Program-made: the position numbers and the translations under genes
Shown: piece after piece, positions 1-11,921 of the stretch
Numbering within the stretch: the stretch's first letter is position 1
How the letters are laid out: every line of letters begins with the position of its first letter
DNA from: Podarcis cretensis
Taxonomy: Eukaryota
Length of the DNA stretch: 64,000 nt
Assembly (NCBI GenBank): GCA_951804945.1
Contig: OX638155.1
Location: 14,942,001 to 15,006,000 of the forward strand
Reading direction: 5' to 3'
Notes under the pieces: generated by a model
The model's input: the letters and a program-made list of their open reading frames with translations, nothing else
Database searches by the model: none
What the model was told of the DNA's origin: nothing

Positions 1-974
1 ATATTTTCAAGTGAACATAGATCTTCAGACAGATTCCCCCCCCCCTTCCTTTCCCAACTTCCTTTATGCATCTGTATCTAGGCCAAGCATTGTTGGACTC
101 CAACTCCCATTAGCTGTAACCAGCATGGTGAATATTCAGAGCTGTGTGCTAAAAAGCAAAACAAAACATGCCACTGCTGGTTAGGAGGAATTAAAACTAT
201 TTCCTTGTCTAGAAGAGGGAATCAACTTGAAGATGTACCACACACTTGTAGGTGGCGACTTCTAACATTAAAAAAAAAAAACACAATCTATGCTTCCGTG
301 CTTGTGGTCAAATGTTACCATGATTGGAGTAACCTCAGGGCTTTCCTGATAGTCTCCAAAGTGATTGCTTGATAAGCAAGCTCAGGTGGAGGATTCAAAC
401 ATGTTTCAATGATAATTCAGCTGCTCCTGTTAGATGCTTAGCAAGCAGCAGCTGCTAACAGACCCTGCCCATTGTTTGATACAGTGCAAGGCTTTCTCTT
501 AATGTTGACTATTGCTGCAGCCCAGCAGCACGGTTTGCAAGCATTTGTTTACCTGCTGGAAGGTGAGGAGTTTGCTAAGTGATGTGTGTGCAACTGTTGT
601 ATCCTGCTTTGGAAAGTGTACTTCAAACTTTATACTCTCGGTTTGCCCCACCCCTTGCTGCAAAGCCACAGGCTCATATTGGTGATCTCAACCTGTTGGT
701 TTTACTGTTGTGTTGTGATTACAGTCCTATTACGAAGCTGTATACATCTGTACAGACACAGCAAATGAATTTGGGGGCATTGGCTGGTACTTTGCATTGG
801 GATTTGAAGTTCAGTGGGACCACCAGGACTTTTTAGTGAGTGCTCGTCTCTTTTCTCTCATATGGAAGGCGTATTTGGGGGTCCTTTGAATGATGATATA
901 ACCTGCTTCCTTTCTGGTCCGAAGTTGGGGGGGGGGGGCAAGAGGTGTGAATTTTGCTTCTCTTTGTGCTATTA

Positions 975-1204
975 CAGTAGTACCTCGGGTTACGAGCTTA
1001 ATTCGTTCCGGAGGTCCGTTCTTAACCTGAAACTGTTCTTAACCTGAGGCGCGCTTTCACTAATGGGGGCCTCCTGCTGCTGCGTGATTTCTGTTCTCAT
1101 CCTGGGGTTAAGTGTTCTTAACCTGAGGTACTACTTCTGGGTTAGAGGAGTTGGTAACCTAAAGTGTTTGTAACCCGAGGTGTTTGTAACCCGAGGTACC
1201 ACTG
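975..1204. mobile_element. Tc1/mariner-superfamily (pogo/Tigger-like) MITE, family A
   Basis: TIRs CAGTAGTACCTCGGGTTAC / GTAACCCGAGGTACCACTG with TA on both sides; related copies at 4206, 55776, 61889. Confidence 0.8.
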
Positions 1205-1907
1205 TATTACACTTGATGGTAGCGTGCATATTTTGCTACAGTGAATTGGCTCTACAATTTTGTGTTGTTGTGGATTAATGGCATCTGATCGTGTTGACTT
1301 AGCACAGCGTCCTTAACTTTTCTATTGTGAGTCAGGTTAAAGCAGCAATCGTATACAGTGCCCCAGACATTAGCAGTAGCATTGACACATAGCTTATGTT
1401 TGGTTCTGGACCATGTCCCCAATGTTCTGATTGTTGCTTTCCTTTTCCTCCTGTACGATTGTTGGACTTTTAGGTAGCTAGGTAGTTTTCCTTTGCATAT
1501 GACCTGGCAGTTCAGCCTGGCTATAGTCCTTCCGATGGCACTTTGTGAGCAGGCATAGCTGTCAAAACTTCTTGTCTTGCCACAGTCCTATAGCATCACC
1601 GTGCAGTTTACCTGTTGCTTGGTAACGTTAGCTGTTACCTCTTTTGAGTTAGGTCCACAATCCACTCTCTTTTTCTTGTCGGTAGAAGTACAGTGGTTCA
1701 ACAGTTTCCAGGTGTTTGTATACTTTTGGAATTAGACATCTGCTTCCATTGTTTATGATCAAAGTTGTACTCTAGTCTTTTTTAAAAACAGAAACAGTAG
1801 CCCCTTATAATAGCTCTGGTCTCCATTTTCACTGTAGTACAATTGCCAACAGCTTCCAGTATGGATGAGAGATGCTTTGGGCTGCATCCATTTATGACAA
1901 CTTAATG

Positions 1908-2383
1908 GTCAGCATCTTAAAAAGCAGAGACATCACCTTGCCGACAAAGGTCTGTATAGTTAAAGCTATGGTTTTCCCAGTAGTGATGTATGAAAGTGAG
2001 AGCTGGACCGTAAAGAAGGCTGATTGCCAAAGAATTGATGATTTTGAATTATGGTGCTGGAGGAGACTCTTGAGAGTCCCATGGACTGCAAGAAGATCCG
2101 ACCTATCCATTCTGAAGGAAATCAGCCCTGAGTGCTCACTGGAAGGACAGGTCCTGAAGCTGAGGCTCCAATACTTTGGCCACCTCATGAGAAGAGAAGA
2201 CTCCCTGGAAAAGACCCTGATGTTGGGAAAGATGGAGGGCACAAGGAGAAGAGGACGACAGAGGACGAGATGGTTGGATAGTGTTCTCAAAGCTACAAAC
2301 ATGAGTCTGACCAAACTGCGGGAGGCATTGGAAGACAGGAGTGCCTGGCGTGCTCTGGTCCATGGGGACACGACTAAACAACA
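1908..2383 (+). mobile_element. BovB (RTE clade) LINE, 5'-truncated 3' fragment
   Basis: Peptide SILKSRDITLPTKV...ELWCWRRLLRVPWTARRS...WRALVHG matches the C-terminus of the 11922-13071 copy; ends CACGACTAAACAAC. Confidence 0.92.
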
Positions 2384-2386
2384 TCA

Positions 2387-2442
2387 AGAGTTGGAACGGA
2401 CCCTGGGGGTCATCTAGTCCAATCCCCCAGTGTTGCAGGAAT
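2387..2442 (-). mobile_element. CR1-type LINE 3' terminal remnant
   Basis: AGAGTTGGAACGGACCC...GGTCATCTAGTCCAATCCCC is the reverse complement of the CR1 3' end motif; similar remnants near 6828-6890 and 32562-32630. Confidence 0.6.
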
Positions 2443-3738
2443 CCACATGTAACTCATGGAGTCTGCCACTGAGCAAAGTCCCCCGTCGAAATACAAACAA
2501 GAGTGAATAAGTCTCGCTACTCACTGCTGCATTGGTCCTAAATGGATTCCATCTGGGAGACGTACCAACATAGGCAAACTTTTGGGTTTGTTGGGTATGG
2601 GGCTCCCCAACAAGGCACCCTTTTCCTTCAGGATGTGACAAACATGTTGGCTTGGTTTGGGGTCAGATTGCATTGCCTAAAAAAAAGGATTAAAGGAAGC
2701 TTTTTCCAGCAATGCTGTACGAGTGAAAAATATGTTACCTTGGCACTATAGCAATGATTATTAGCTTGGTTAGGACTTAGTATCAGGGTGCTTTTGAGCC
2801 CCAGAGAGAGTTCCTGGATTAGCAGTTAACAGGAAAGAAAGCTTATGCAAGTTCCTGTGTGGCAGGTGGTATGGGATGGATTTCCCCCCTTAAAGTAAGG
2901 TGAAAAGATGCTCTTCTCAGATAGGAGTAATAAGGAAGCTCAGAAGAAGTTTTCTGCCCTTTCCAAGAGAAGTTTTCAGCAGTCTTTCTTCCTGTTAAAT
3001 GTTAATCCAGTGCCCCCAACAGACTGTGAACTTCCTGTGGGAACAAACCTAACCTCCTTCCTTGCTTTTCGTGTTCCCCTTTTCTTCTCCGATACTGCTG
3101 TGAGGAGGAACTCAGCTGTTTCTCCCTCCATTTTTGATTAACCACAGTTTGTCCGAACCCAGAGAAACCATGGTTCACCTTAACTGCTGTTAGCGGAGAC
3201 GCGCTTATGAAACTGGCTTGTTTTCATGACGATTACCCACCAGTTGTGGCACACCAAACTGCGCTTAATCTAAAGGAGATGCTTCTGGTCTCCCTGAAGC
3301 CCGTTTAGGAGATGAAGAGGGGAACGGTTGAGCCTGGGATAGAGGCTCCATCCTTGTAATGCTGAACTGTGGTTTAGCATTTGCATCTGAAGGAAGCTGC
3401 CAGTGGGAGGCTTAGAGGTGGGGAGGGGAATATGGTTACAAAGCATTAGAATAGTAGGAAGCAGTGTTAGAAACTCAGGTGTATAGCTAGAGGGCACATG
3501 GTTCCTTAAAACAAGGTCACAGTCACCAATACGGAATATCTCATTGCTGTTTTTGGGCAAGACTGTTTTCAAGTCTTATTTTTCAAAGGATGGACTGATC
3601 GATTCAGAGTTAAACATCTGGCTAGCTCCGATGACAACCTTGAGCTAGGTTAAGAACTTGGAGAACTTAAGGAAGAAAAGTCACTTGATCCAGGGAGAGT
3701 CCACACAAATATTAGCCTATTCCTACCTCTTAATGGTA

Positions 3739-4092
3739 GGACGCAGGTGGCGCTGTGGGTTAAACCCACAGAGCCTAGGACTTGCCGATCAGAAGGTCGC
3801 GGTTCGAATCCCCACGACGGGGTGAGCTCCCGTTGCTCGGTCCCTGCTCCTGCCAACCTAGCAGTTTGAAGCACATCAAAGTGCAAGTAGATAAATAGGT
3901 ACCGCTCCAGCGGGAAGGTAAACGGCGTTTCTGTGCGCTGCTCTGGTTCGCCAGAAGCGGCTTAGTCATGCTGGCCACATGACCCGGAAGCTGTACGCCG
4001 GCTGCCTTGGCCAATAAAGCGAGATGAGCGCAACAACCCCAGAGTCGGTCTCGACTGGACCTAATGGCCAGGGGTCCCTTTACCTTTACCTT
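3739..4092 (+). mobile_element. Sauria SINE (tRNA-derived, BovB-related 3' segment), full length
   Basis: Box A GTGGCGCTGTGG, box B GGTTCGAATCC, (ACCTTT)n tail; TSD TACCTCTTAATGG at 3724-3736 and 4093-4105. Confidence 0.92.
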
Positions 4093-4205
4093 TACCTCTT
4101 AATGGCTGCACAGACCATTCAAAACGTAGGAATATTCTTCACAACTGTGAGCAGGGCAGTAGGGTGGGGTGGGGATAAGTGAAGACAAGCTGCAACAATT
4201 AACTA

Positions 4206-4431
4206 CAGTGGTACCTCAGGTTAAGTACTTAATTCGTTCCGGAGGTCTGTTGTTAACCTGAAACTGTTCTTCACCTGAAGCACCACTTTAGCTAATAGGG
4301 TCTACCACTGCCGCAGCGCCGCCAGAGCACGATTTCTGTTCACATCCTGAAGCAAAGTTCTTAACCTGATGTACTATTTCTGGGTTAACGGAGAATGTAA
4401 CCTGAAGCGTATGTAACCCGAGGTACCACTG
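4206..4431. mobile_element. Tc1/mariner-type MITE, family A
   Basis: TA-CAGTGGTACCTC ... GAGGTACCACTG-TA. Confidence 0.82.
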
Positions 4432-6901
4432 TATAACGTTGTTCCCTACTCCCGCTCAGGCTGCACAGAAGAAGCATTTTGGTTCCTGAAATGCATTCTG
4501 ATCGTGCAGATAACATATAGCTGATAGACTTCTACAGGATGTGTTGCTTGCGTGTGAAAACCGTCAAGATCCAGTGATTCCCAGGCATGCACTTCCAGAT
4601 GCTGGAGACATCAGGCAGCATTCTGGCACCTGAGCATCTTGGTCGCAGGTGGCCGATAGTCAGGTGGAAAAAGCGCCTGGCTAATTTCAAATGCCATTAG
4701 GAGCTGATAAATTACAAAGCAATTTACAAAGGTGACAGTTGTGGCTGTCCTCACTTATAGTCAGGGCTGCTGTGGCTTTCCTCCCTCTCACATATTTATA
4801 GAAGAGAGCTATATTTCTATCTATCGATCCGTTGTTATAGCTGTAACTCTTGACCAAGTGCCTAGCAGACAAAGGTCTTCAGACATTTATGGTTGCTGAT
4901 GATAACCTAAGAGGTACAAACAGAGGCAAAACGGTGTTAAAGTTTTGCAGAAGGAATGGTTCATAACGTCTGTGTGTGTGTGTGTGTGTGTGTGGTGCAT
5001 TCACTCGTGAATAACGCAGGAAAATGCACACAGACTATTTCATCTCCAGACAGTGCTTTGCGTAGCAGAGGTGGATCTTAAGAAACTAGCACAGACCATG
5101 CAGACCTTGTAAGAGCCACATGGTTAAACAAAAGGTAAGCGCTGCATTTTTGTACTGATGAGAGGGCTAATTTGTGTGTTCTCTGAGCAGGGAGCTGGCT
5201 ACAGCCGACTGAATTCAGGCAGGCAGCAAGAGCTTGGAAAAAATGGGTGTTCCCTTAGTGTGGCTTATGTCACTAGTGTTCGCCACTGGACAGAGCGCTG
5301 ACTTAATAGGCAAAGCACAATGTAAGTGAAGCAGCCGGCTGGGCTGAGCAACAAAGGGAGTTGCCACCAGTTTTTTGTGTTTTTTAATGCACATCTGGGG
5401 AAAAGAGTGTTTAGTGCAGTGGAGTTGCCTCACCCTTAGGAAGGAAATTTGTTTTTTTTTTGTTTTTAATGACAAATGGAAAAGGGAGTGACCTTCCTGT
5501 CCTCCGTTTACAAAACCCCACCCTTTGAATTCGTACAGAAATCAGGTTGCCGTCCCAATTTTGCTGTGAGTTTAATGCCATCTGTGGCTCTTGCTTGAGG
5601 TTTTAAAAGCAGGTTTCATCAGATTGCTTTGTTTGGGGTGGGAGAGGGAAAAACAGGTGTTTTTTGTGTGTGAGCTGAGTTCTTTCTGACATCTGGAAGC
5701 CCACGTAAGAAGAGGGCGAACAGGGCAAGGTGGATCTCTCTCTTTTTGTGTTGGTGTGTGTGTGTGTGACATTTTCCTGCTCCAAAGGTAGGAGGAGGCA
5801 GGTGATAACTGCAGGAGCAGAAGAGGCAAAGCAGCTCCATCTGACTGGGTGCTTTTGGTTTAAGCGTATTCAGTGGCTCAGCTCTGCAAAGCGATGATGT
5901 AATCCGTTCTGCTGCAAGGGCTGCTGACTGTGGGTAGATGTTCTGTTGCTGCATTTTGCACGGATACCCGTGGCATTGTGCGGCTTCATTATCCAGAGTG
6001 GTTTCAGAGCTATCGTAAAAGGCGGCAGGTAGATTTTTGCCCCTTTCCCTTTGGAGTTTTGAATGATCTCCAGCATTGCGTCGCTTCTGAATTCTAGCAG
6101 GGCTGTGTTTGCTTATTAGAGAGGCGAGGATTATCCCATGTCCTCACAACTTGCCACTGTCAACATGGAATCTTTGGGACATCTGCCTGGGGATTGGGTG
6201 CTGCCCTTATCCTCGGCTTTAGGGTGAGGCGGGGGAAGAAAGATGGGTTGCTCATAGCAACCACTTGCCTACATAAAAAGTGCATTTTTTCCTCTTTTGT
6301 GTGTAGCTCATTTTTCGTGGGATCTGAAAACATGTCACATATGGGTTTACTGCAGGAAAATCGTGGATTTTATTTTTTATTTTTTTGCAATAAAAATGTG
6401 TTTTTCTTTTAACCAATGCATTTTTTATGGGGATTCAGATGGTGCTTTTGAGATAGAGATATTGGGGTGGTAATTTTCCAGGAGTGGTTTGAAAGGAATT
6501 CTGCAGTTTAGCACCAAACCTTTGTGCACAAATGCACAGCCACCAAAACTCTTCAAATCGTAGCGGAGGGAAGCAAAAAACTGATAAGAAGGAAGATGAG
6601 CTAGCGCAAAATGAGCAAATTGGGGGAAGAGTTCAAGCATCAAATTGGGTTTCTTTACAATTGAAATTGGGGCGGAGGGCTCCTTAATCCTTACATGATT
6701 GTGCTTCTCTTACTCAGTTTTGCAATTGCTCTTAACTGTTCCCAATACCACTTTCAGTAGGGTGGGTTTTTCCTAAAGCATTATATAGGGAGTTGGTGTT
6801 TCTCCAGCAGAGCTGGCACACTGACTTAGAATCATAGACTTGGAAGGGAGCCCTGAGGGTCATCTAGTCCAACCCTCTGCAATGCATGAATTTCAGCACA
6901 T

Positions 6902-6945
6902 GGTCTCCCATCCAATTTGAAACCATACCGGACCCTGCTTAGCTT
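6902..6945 (-). mobile_element. 5S rRNA-derived remnant (SINE3-like)
   Basis: Reverse complement AAGCTAAGCAGGGTCCGG...TTGGATGGGAGACC matches the 5S internal promoter box A and box C; not a complete 5S gene. Confidence 0.6.
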
Positions 6946-7595
6946 TGCAAACGTGCTAGTGGTTTTATTGCTGCACCTTTTTGGGTGGTGTTTATAAAAA
7001 TCTGACAATGCTTCAACCCTCCCCTAGTCAAAAAAAGACAGGATGTTTTCCTTTGGTCCTTAGGACAGAAATAAGTTTTTAATTGTTTGGTGAAACTTCT
7101 TAAGCAGGGAGCGGCATGGCCAGCAAGCTTTCTAGTGATTGGAGAATGAGATGTTATTGTCTACCTTAGGACAAAAACTAGGAGGGTAGTAATTCACACG
7201 ATTCATTGTTGCAGAACTGCACTCTTCTTGGTGTGGAATGTCAAGAGCACACAGCCCTGATGATTGGGAAAGGATTGCCAGTTATGTAGCTGGGGATCAC
7301 ATAAGAAACATTTATAGTCCCCGAAAGGGGTTAGAATTTGAACTCACAAATTTATGAAGTGCAGTGTTTATAATTATCTGGGTTGCTGTGTTTTGAAGTT
7401 GGAGCAAACATGGATATCTGACACCTGCTTCATCCCCTTAAGATGCTCCAAAATTTTAGTTACACGTCAAGTAGGATTTAACTTGTTCACCCAAGAACCA
7501 GTCCCTTGCACTATTCTCCACAAAAATCTCACCTAGAAATATAACTCCATTTCTTCAATTTCCCATAATCTTTGACCTGTTGGTGTGTTTGCAAT

Positions 7596-7835
7596 TTCTT
7601 TCTTTTTTAATAATATTTTTATTAAATTTTCAACAAAAACAAACAACAAACACAACAACCACCAAAAACAAAGAAAAATATACACAAAAACAATATCAAA
7701 TCCATAAAATGAGATTCTCTTGGACTTCCCTCTCCCCTATTGTTAACCATTTCCTCCTGCATCTTTTATGATAATCCAAAATCCTTTATCTCTCCATTGT
7801 GTCCAAAATTGACCATCAAACTACAAAATTCACCA
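7596..7835 (-). mobile_element. L1-like LINE 3' UTR remnant
   Basis: T-rich start with TTTATT; GATTCTCTTGGACTTCC...TTTCCTCCTGCATCTT...ATAATCCAAA is shared with the L1 3' end near 40060-40200. Confidence 0.65.
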
Positions 7836-7994
7836 TTTTCAAGTGGACCGCTTGGGATTGCTGGCTATGGGACTCTTGCAATGATTGCTGGGCTGGGTGG
7901 ACCTTAACCTGACCCGTTGAGGAACTCTTTATCATGGTAACAAAGAAAGCATGTGAAGGAACATTTAACACTGATTAGTTGTGCCTTCAGTACT

Positions 7995-8320
7995 TCGTTG
8001 TTGTTGACATCCATCGGTCTTAAGAGGGCGCCTCCAAGGGTGAGGTCAAACCACTGGATTGGCAGTACTGAAGTGACCTTCCATGGTACACGAGGCTGAT
8101 CAGTGTGTCTGAAGGTCCTGGACTGCCCAGATGACAAGACCCTCCTCTCTGCCTCACTGATGTGGTCCAAAGAAAAGCAGAACAACATGTTTGGCACCTG
8201 CTTGGCTGCAGGAGTTGCCGGAAGGGGGCATGGGGGCATCGTATTAGGGATTCCACTCTGGATTTGTGTAGGATTTACTCCCTATCTTCTCCTGAAGATA
8301 TCCCACAAGGCGGCAGAGTT
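7995..8320 (-). mobile_element. Probable RTE-related non-autonomous retroposon remnant
   Basis: (GTT)n-like end followed by sequence resembling a common lizard interspersed repeat; family assignment is from recall only. Confidence 0.35.
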
Positions 8321-8355
8321 TTACTTTACTACTAAGGGATAAGAAATTAAGAAGA

Positions 8356-8716
8356 AAAGGTAAAGGACCCCTGGACGGTTAAGTCCAGTCAAAGGCAACT
8401 ATGGGGTTGTGGTGCTCATCTCACTTTCAGGCCAAGGGAGCCAGTGTTTATCCGCAGACAGCTTTCCAGGTCTAAATTGCTTCTGGTGCAACAGGACACC
8501 ATGATGGAAACCAGAACACACAGAGACGGTGTTTACCTTCCTGCCGCAGCGCTGCCTATTTATCTACTTCACTGGCGTGCTTTCAAACTGCTAGGTTGGC
8601 AGGAGCTGGGACAGAGCAACAGGAGCTCACCCCGTTGTGGGGATTCGAACCGCCTACCTTCTGATCGGCAAGCCCAAGAGGCTCAGTGGTTTAGACGGTA
8701 GCGCCACCCACATCCC
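8356..8716 (-). mobile_element. Sauria SINE, subfamily with TTAAGTCCAGTCAAAG 3' variant
   Basis: AAAGGTAAAGG tail and GGATTCGAACC box B on the reverse strand; same variant at 14623 and 23674. Confidence 0.9.
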
Positions 8717-8950
8717 ATTACATCTTGGGGTATTTCACTATGCTACTGCTCTGTAAATTCAAATCTAGTGCTGAGAGAATATGGCCTTCTAAAATTCTCA
8801 GAAAACTTAGAAACTCTGATTCTCTTTATGTTCAAAGGAACTCTGTCTTGGTTCATATTGTTGGAAGAAGGTAGCTGGCGTTGACCGGAAGGAGTAGGGG
8901 CCATGCTCATTATTTCCCTTATCCATATTTAGATGAAATTAAGACTATTA

Positions 8951-9303
8951 GGTGGTGCTGGGTGGCGCTGTGGTCTAAACCACAGAGCCTAGGGCTTGCC
9001 GATCCGAAGATCGGTGGTTCGAATCCCTGCGACGGGGTGAGCTCCCATTGTTTGGTTCCAGCTCCTGCCAACCTAGCAGTTCAAAAGCACGTCAAAGTGC
9101 AAGTAGATAAATAGGTACCGCTCCGACGGGAAGGTAAACGGTGTTTCCGTGTGCTGCTCTGGTTCGCCAGAAGCAGCTTAGCCATGCTGGCCACATGACC
9201 TGGAAGCGGTACGCCGACTCCCTTGACAAGTAAAGCGACATGAGCGCTGCAACCCCAGAGTCGTTTGCAACTAGATCTAATTGTCAGGGGTCCCTTTACC
9301 TTT
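8951..9303 (+). mobile_element. Sauria SINE
   Basis: Boxes A/B, ACCTTT tail; TSD TTAAGACTATTA at 8939-8950 and 9302-9313. Confidence 0.92.
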
Positions 9304-10355
9304 AAGACTATTATAACTGGATTTAGTTTGCTGGATCCAGATTTCTCCACCTTCTTACCTGGTAAAATGGGAGCTACAGTTTTGCTGATTATTATCCAGG
9401 GGATGACTAACAATCCTCAAAAGTTTGGTAGGGCCTTGAAAGAGAACAATTTTTTTAAATTGTCAAGATTTTCTGGTAAATGTCAAACGCTTTGGCAGTT
9501 TCTGGGGGTTTGACGGTGAAAAGGACTGACTGCAAAACTGAGGAGTGGGCTGGCTTCTATTTTTGTGTGGGCGGCTCCCCCCCCCCACCCACCCTCTAAT
9601 CCGTCTGTGGCCCACCAACCTGTTTTCCAGCTAAGGTGATATTTAAAAGGCTCTGTGTATCTACTTCATAGTGGGTGGAATTTTGTGCGCCTTTTATACA
9701 GTCTGGAACCAAATGATCTCATCCTGGTCAGATGCTGCATTATGAGAAAGCACGCTTTTATCCTGACTTTCAGATGAGCTAGGATTATTTTAAACATTAT
9801 GCTTGGTTGGTTTTTTTGTTGTTGCTTTTGGCAGTAGTGGTCTCCTTGGCTGTTTTTGCTCAAGAAGAGTTGGAATGTGTCCCAAGTTTGGATTGACTTG
9901 CATGTTACGTTACGTTAATTTGTTTGAGGTCGAGATGGCATTATTCACTCAGATGGCGCAGTTTAGTCTTGGTTTTCTCTTGTATAAATCACGAAGTTGG
10001 AATGACTGACTCTCAGCAGCGATGCTCCTTAGGAAGGAAAATGGGCAATAAATCTGCATTTGGGGCCGTTCTGTGGACTTATCTTTACATTGTGGCGATT
10101 ACAGTAATTGACTGATAACAGGAAAGTGTGATGCTCTGGTCCCAGTGCTACTGGTAAGCAGAGCATTTCCTCTCGCTAAAGCAAGCAGGTTTGCAACTTC
10201 AAAACTCCTAATGTTGATCTGGCCATTGCTGATTGGTTTGCACAGCCAGCAAGCTAGAAATAATATACAGGGCAATATGGCGGCATACTCAGCTGCTAGA
10301 AACTACAGTCCTTTGATATCAAAGTGGGGAGGAGAATCGCAGGAACTGCTTGTAC

Positions 10356-10492
10356 CAGGCTTCCTCATACTTGGCCCTCCAGATGTTTTTGGCCTACAAC
10401 TCCCATGATTCCTAGCTAGCAGGACCAGTGGTCAGGGATAATGGGAATTGTAGTCTCAAAAACATCTGGAGGGCCAAGTTTGAGGAAGCCTG
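10356..10492. mobile_element. hAT-type palindromic MITE
   Basis: CAGGCTTCCTCA ... TGAGGAAGCCTG with long inverted arms; degenerate 8-bp TSD GCTTGTAC/GCGTGTAT; sister copy at 59533. Confidence 0.8.
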
Positions 10493-11204
10493 GCGTGTAT
10501 GGTGCAATATCCTCATTGCACGTAAAAAAGAACACCATGCATTTAGATAATGCATATTCAGCTCCAAAATTTGCATCCTCACTTTGCATAATCCTGGTTT
10601 TGGTAGCTCTGGGGAGATGCAAGGAACTGTGCCAAGATGCTTGCCTCTTCCCTCCACCCTTCCATGTGTGTTTCATCCTAAAGTTTTGGTATTTTGCTCC
10701 ATTTGTAAAACGGGCACATATGTGCTGTGCCATTGGCTCTTGCTTAAATATGGTGGCTCATTCTAGACCAGAGTCAGATGGAAAGTGAAGATTCTGTCCA
10801 TAACAGAATCTTCATCCGAACCAGCAGCCTATTGGAGCTAGTGATTCTTTGCAGATTCAACCTTGCTGCTGAATATAAACCTGGCTAGTTCTGATTAAGA
10901 GACATCTTGTTAACAGCTGCCTAAAGGGGATTTCCTCCACCCTATCCTTTCGGCTCTCCAACTTTGAGTCCAATTCTTGTGTGGAGCCAGGGCAACCATC
11001 CCAAGTTGCCAACTCTCTTTTTTTGCTTAGGAAAGCTTGCCTGTAGATTCCTGTCCCCCTTCTTGATTCTTCCTTTCCTGCTATCGCTGCTACTTTCTCT
11101 TCCCTGCTGTCCACACCTAGTCCCTTTCTAGTCAAGCTTGTGGCTATGCAAGTTGTGTAATATTCACACTGAGTGCTAGTAAATGGAACTATATATGGCA
11201 GCAG

Positions 11205-11206
<2 letters not shown>

Positions 11207-11255
<49 letters not shown>

Positions 11256-11695
11256 TTTATACCCCCGCCGTTCCCGGTTCAGAAAACCGGGTTCTGGGCG
11301 GCTAACAACAAATTTAAAACACTTAATTGATGCAACAAAAAAAGCATAAAATACAGTATGAAACGTGAATAACAATAAATTAAAAAATCAATTTAGGGGG
11401 GAAATCCATCCAATAAACATTAGATGATCACCAGGACTAGCTGGCTAAATTAGTCCTATTTGGGCCAACGAAGAGACCAGGGGAGAATTAGCTGTGGGAT
11501 CCAGAGTGGGTAATCTTCATAAAAAGGGGAGGGGGAGGGAAGGAAGGGGAATAAAAGATCAGGCTAAGTTCAAATTGAAAGCCAGGAGGAATAGCTCTGT
11601 CTTACAGGACCTGTGGAAGGAAGTTAAATCCTGCAGGGCCTTGGTCTCATGGGACAGAGCATTCCACCAGGTCAGAGCTATTGCTGAGAAGGCAG
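11207..11695 (-). mobile_element. L2-type LINE 3' fragment with (AAT)n tail
   Basis: About 15 AAT units, then ATTTATACCCCCGCC and GGGACAGAGCATTCCACCAGG...GAGAAGGC, motifs like the other L2 3' ends in the window. Confidence 0.65.
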
Positions 11696-11921
11696 CCTCC
11701 TGCAGGTTTTAGTCATCAGAAAAAAACTGCTTCAACCCAACCTAACAATATGTTGGACTAACTTTGAGCCTGATCCTCAAAGTGTGATACTGATAGCTCC
11801 TTGTATGCAAACTAAGTTGCTGCGGTTCTGTGGCTTTTGTGACTCTTGAAGGAGTTTGGGCTGTAGTATCAAAGTTCAAACACCAGTTACACCACCACCA
11901 CTTTATGTCCTCTAAGAGTCT

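Noticed and set aside
3739-3815. tRNA-like A/B boxes at SINE heads
   Set aside because: These are SINE promoters; there is no complete cloverleaf, so no tRNA gene was called.
10857-11375. Poly-Leu ORFs (also 49829..50029) and poly-T/N/C ORFs near 15900-16250
   Set aside because: Translations of (AAT)n and (GTT)n microsatellites.
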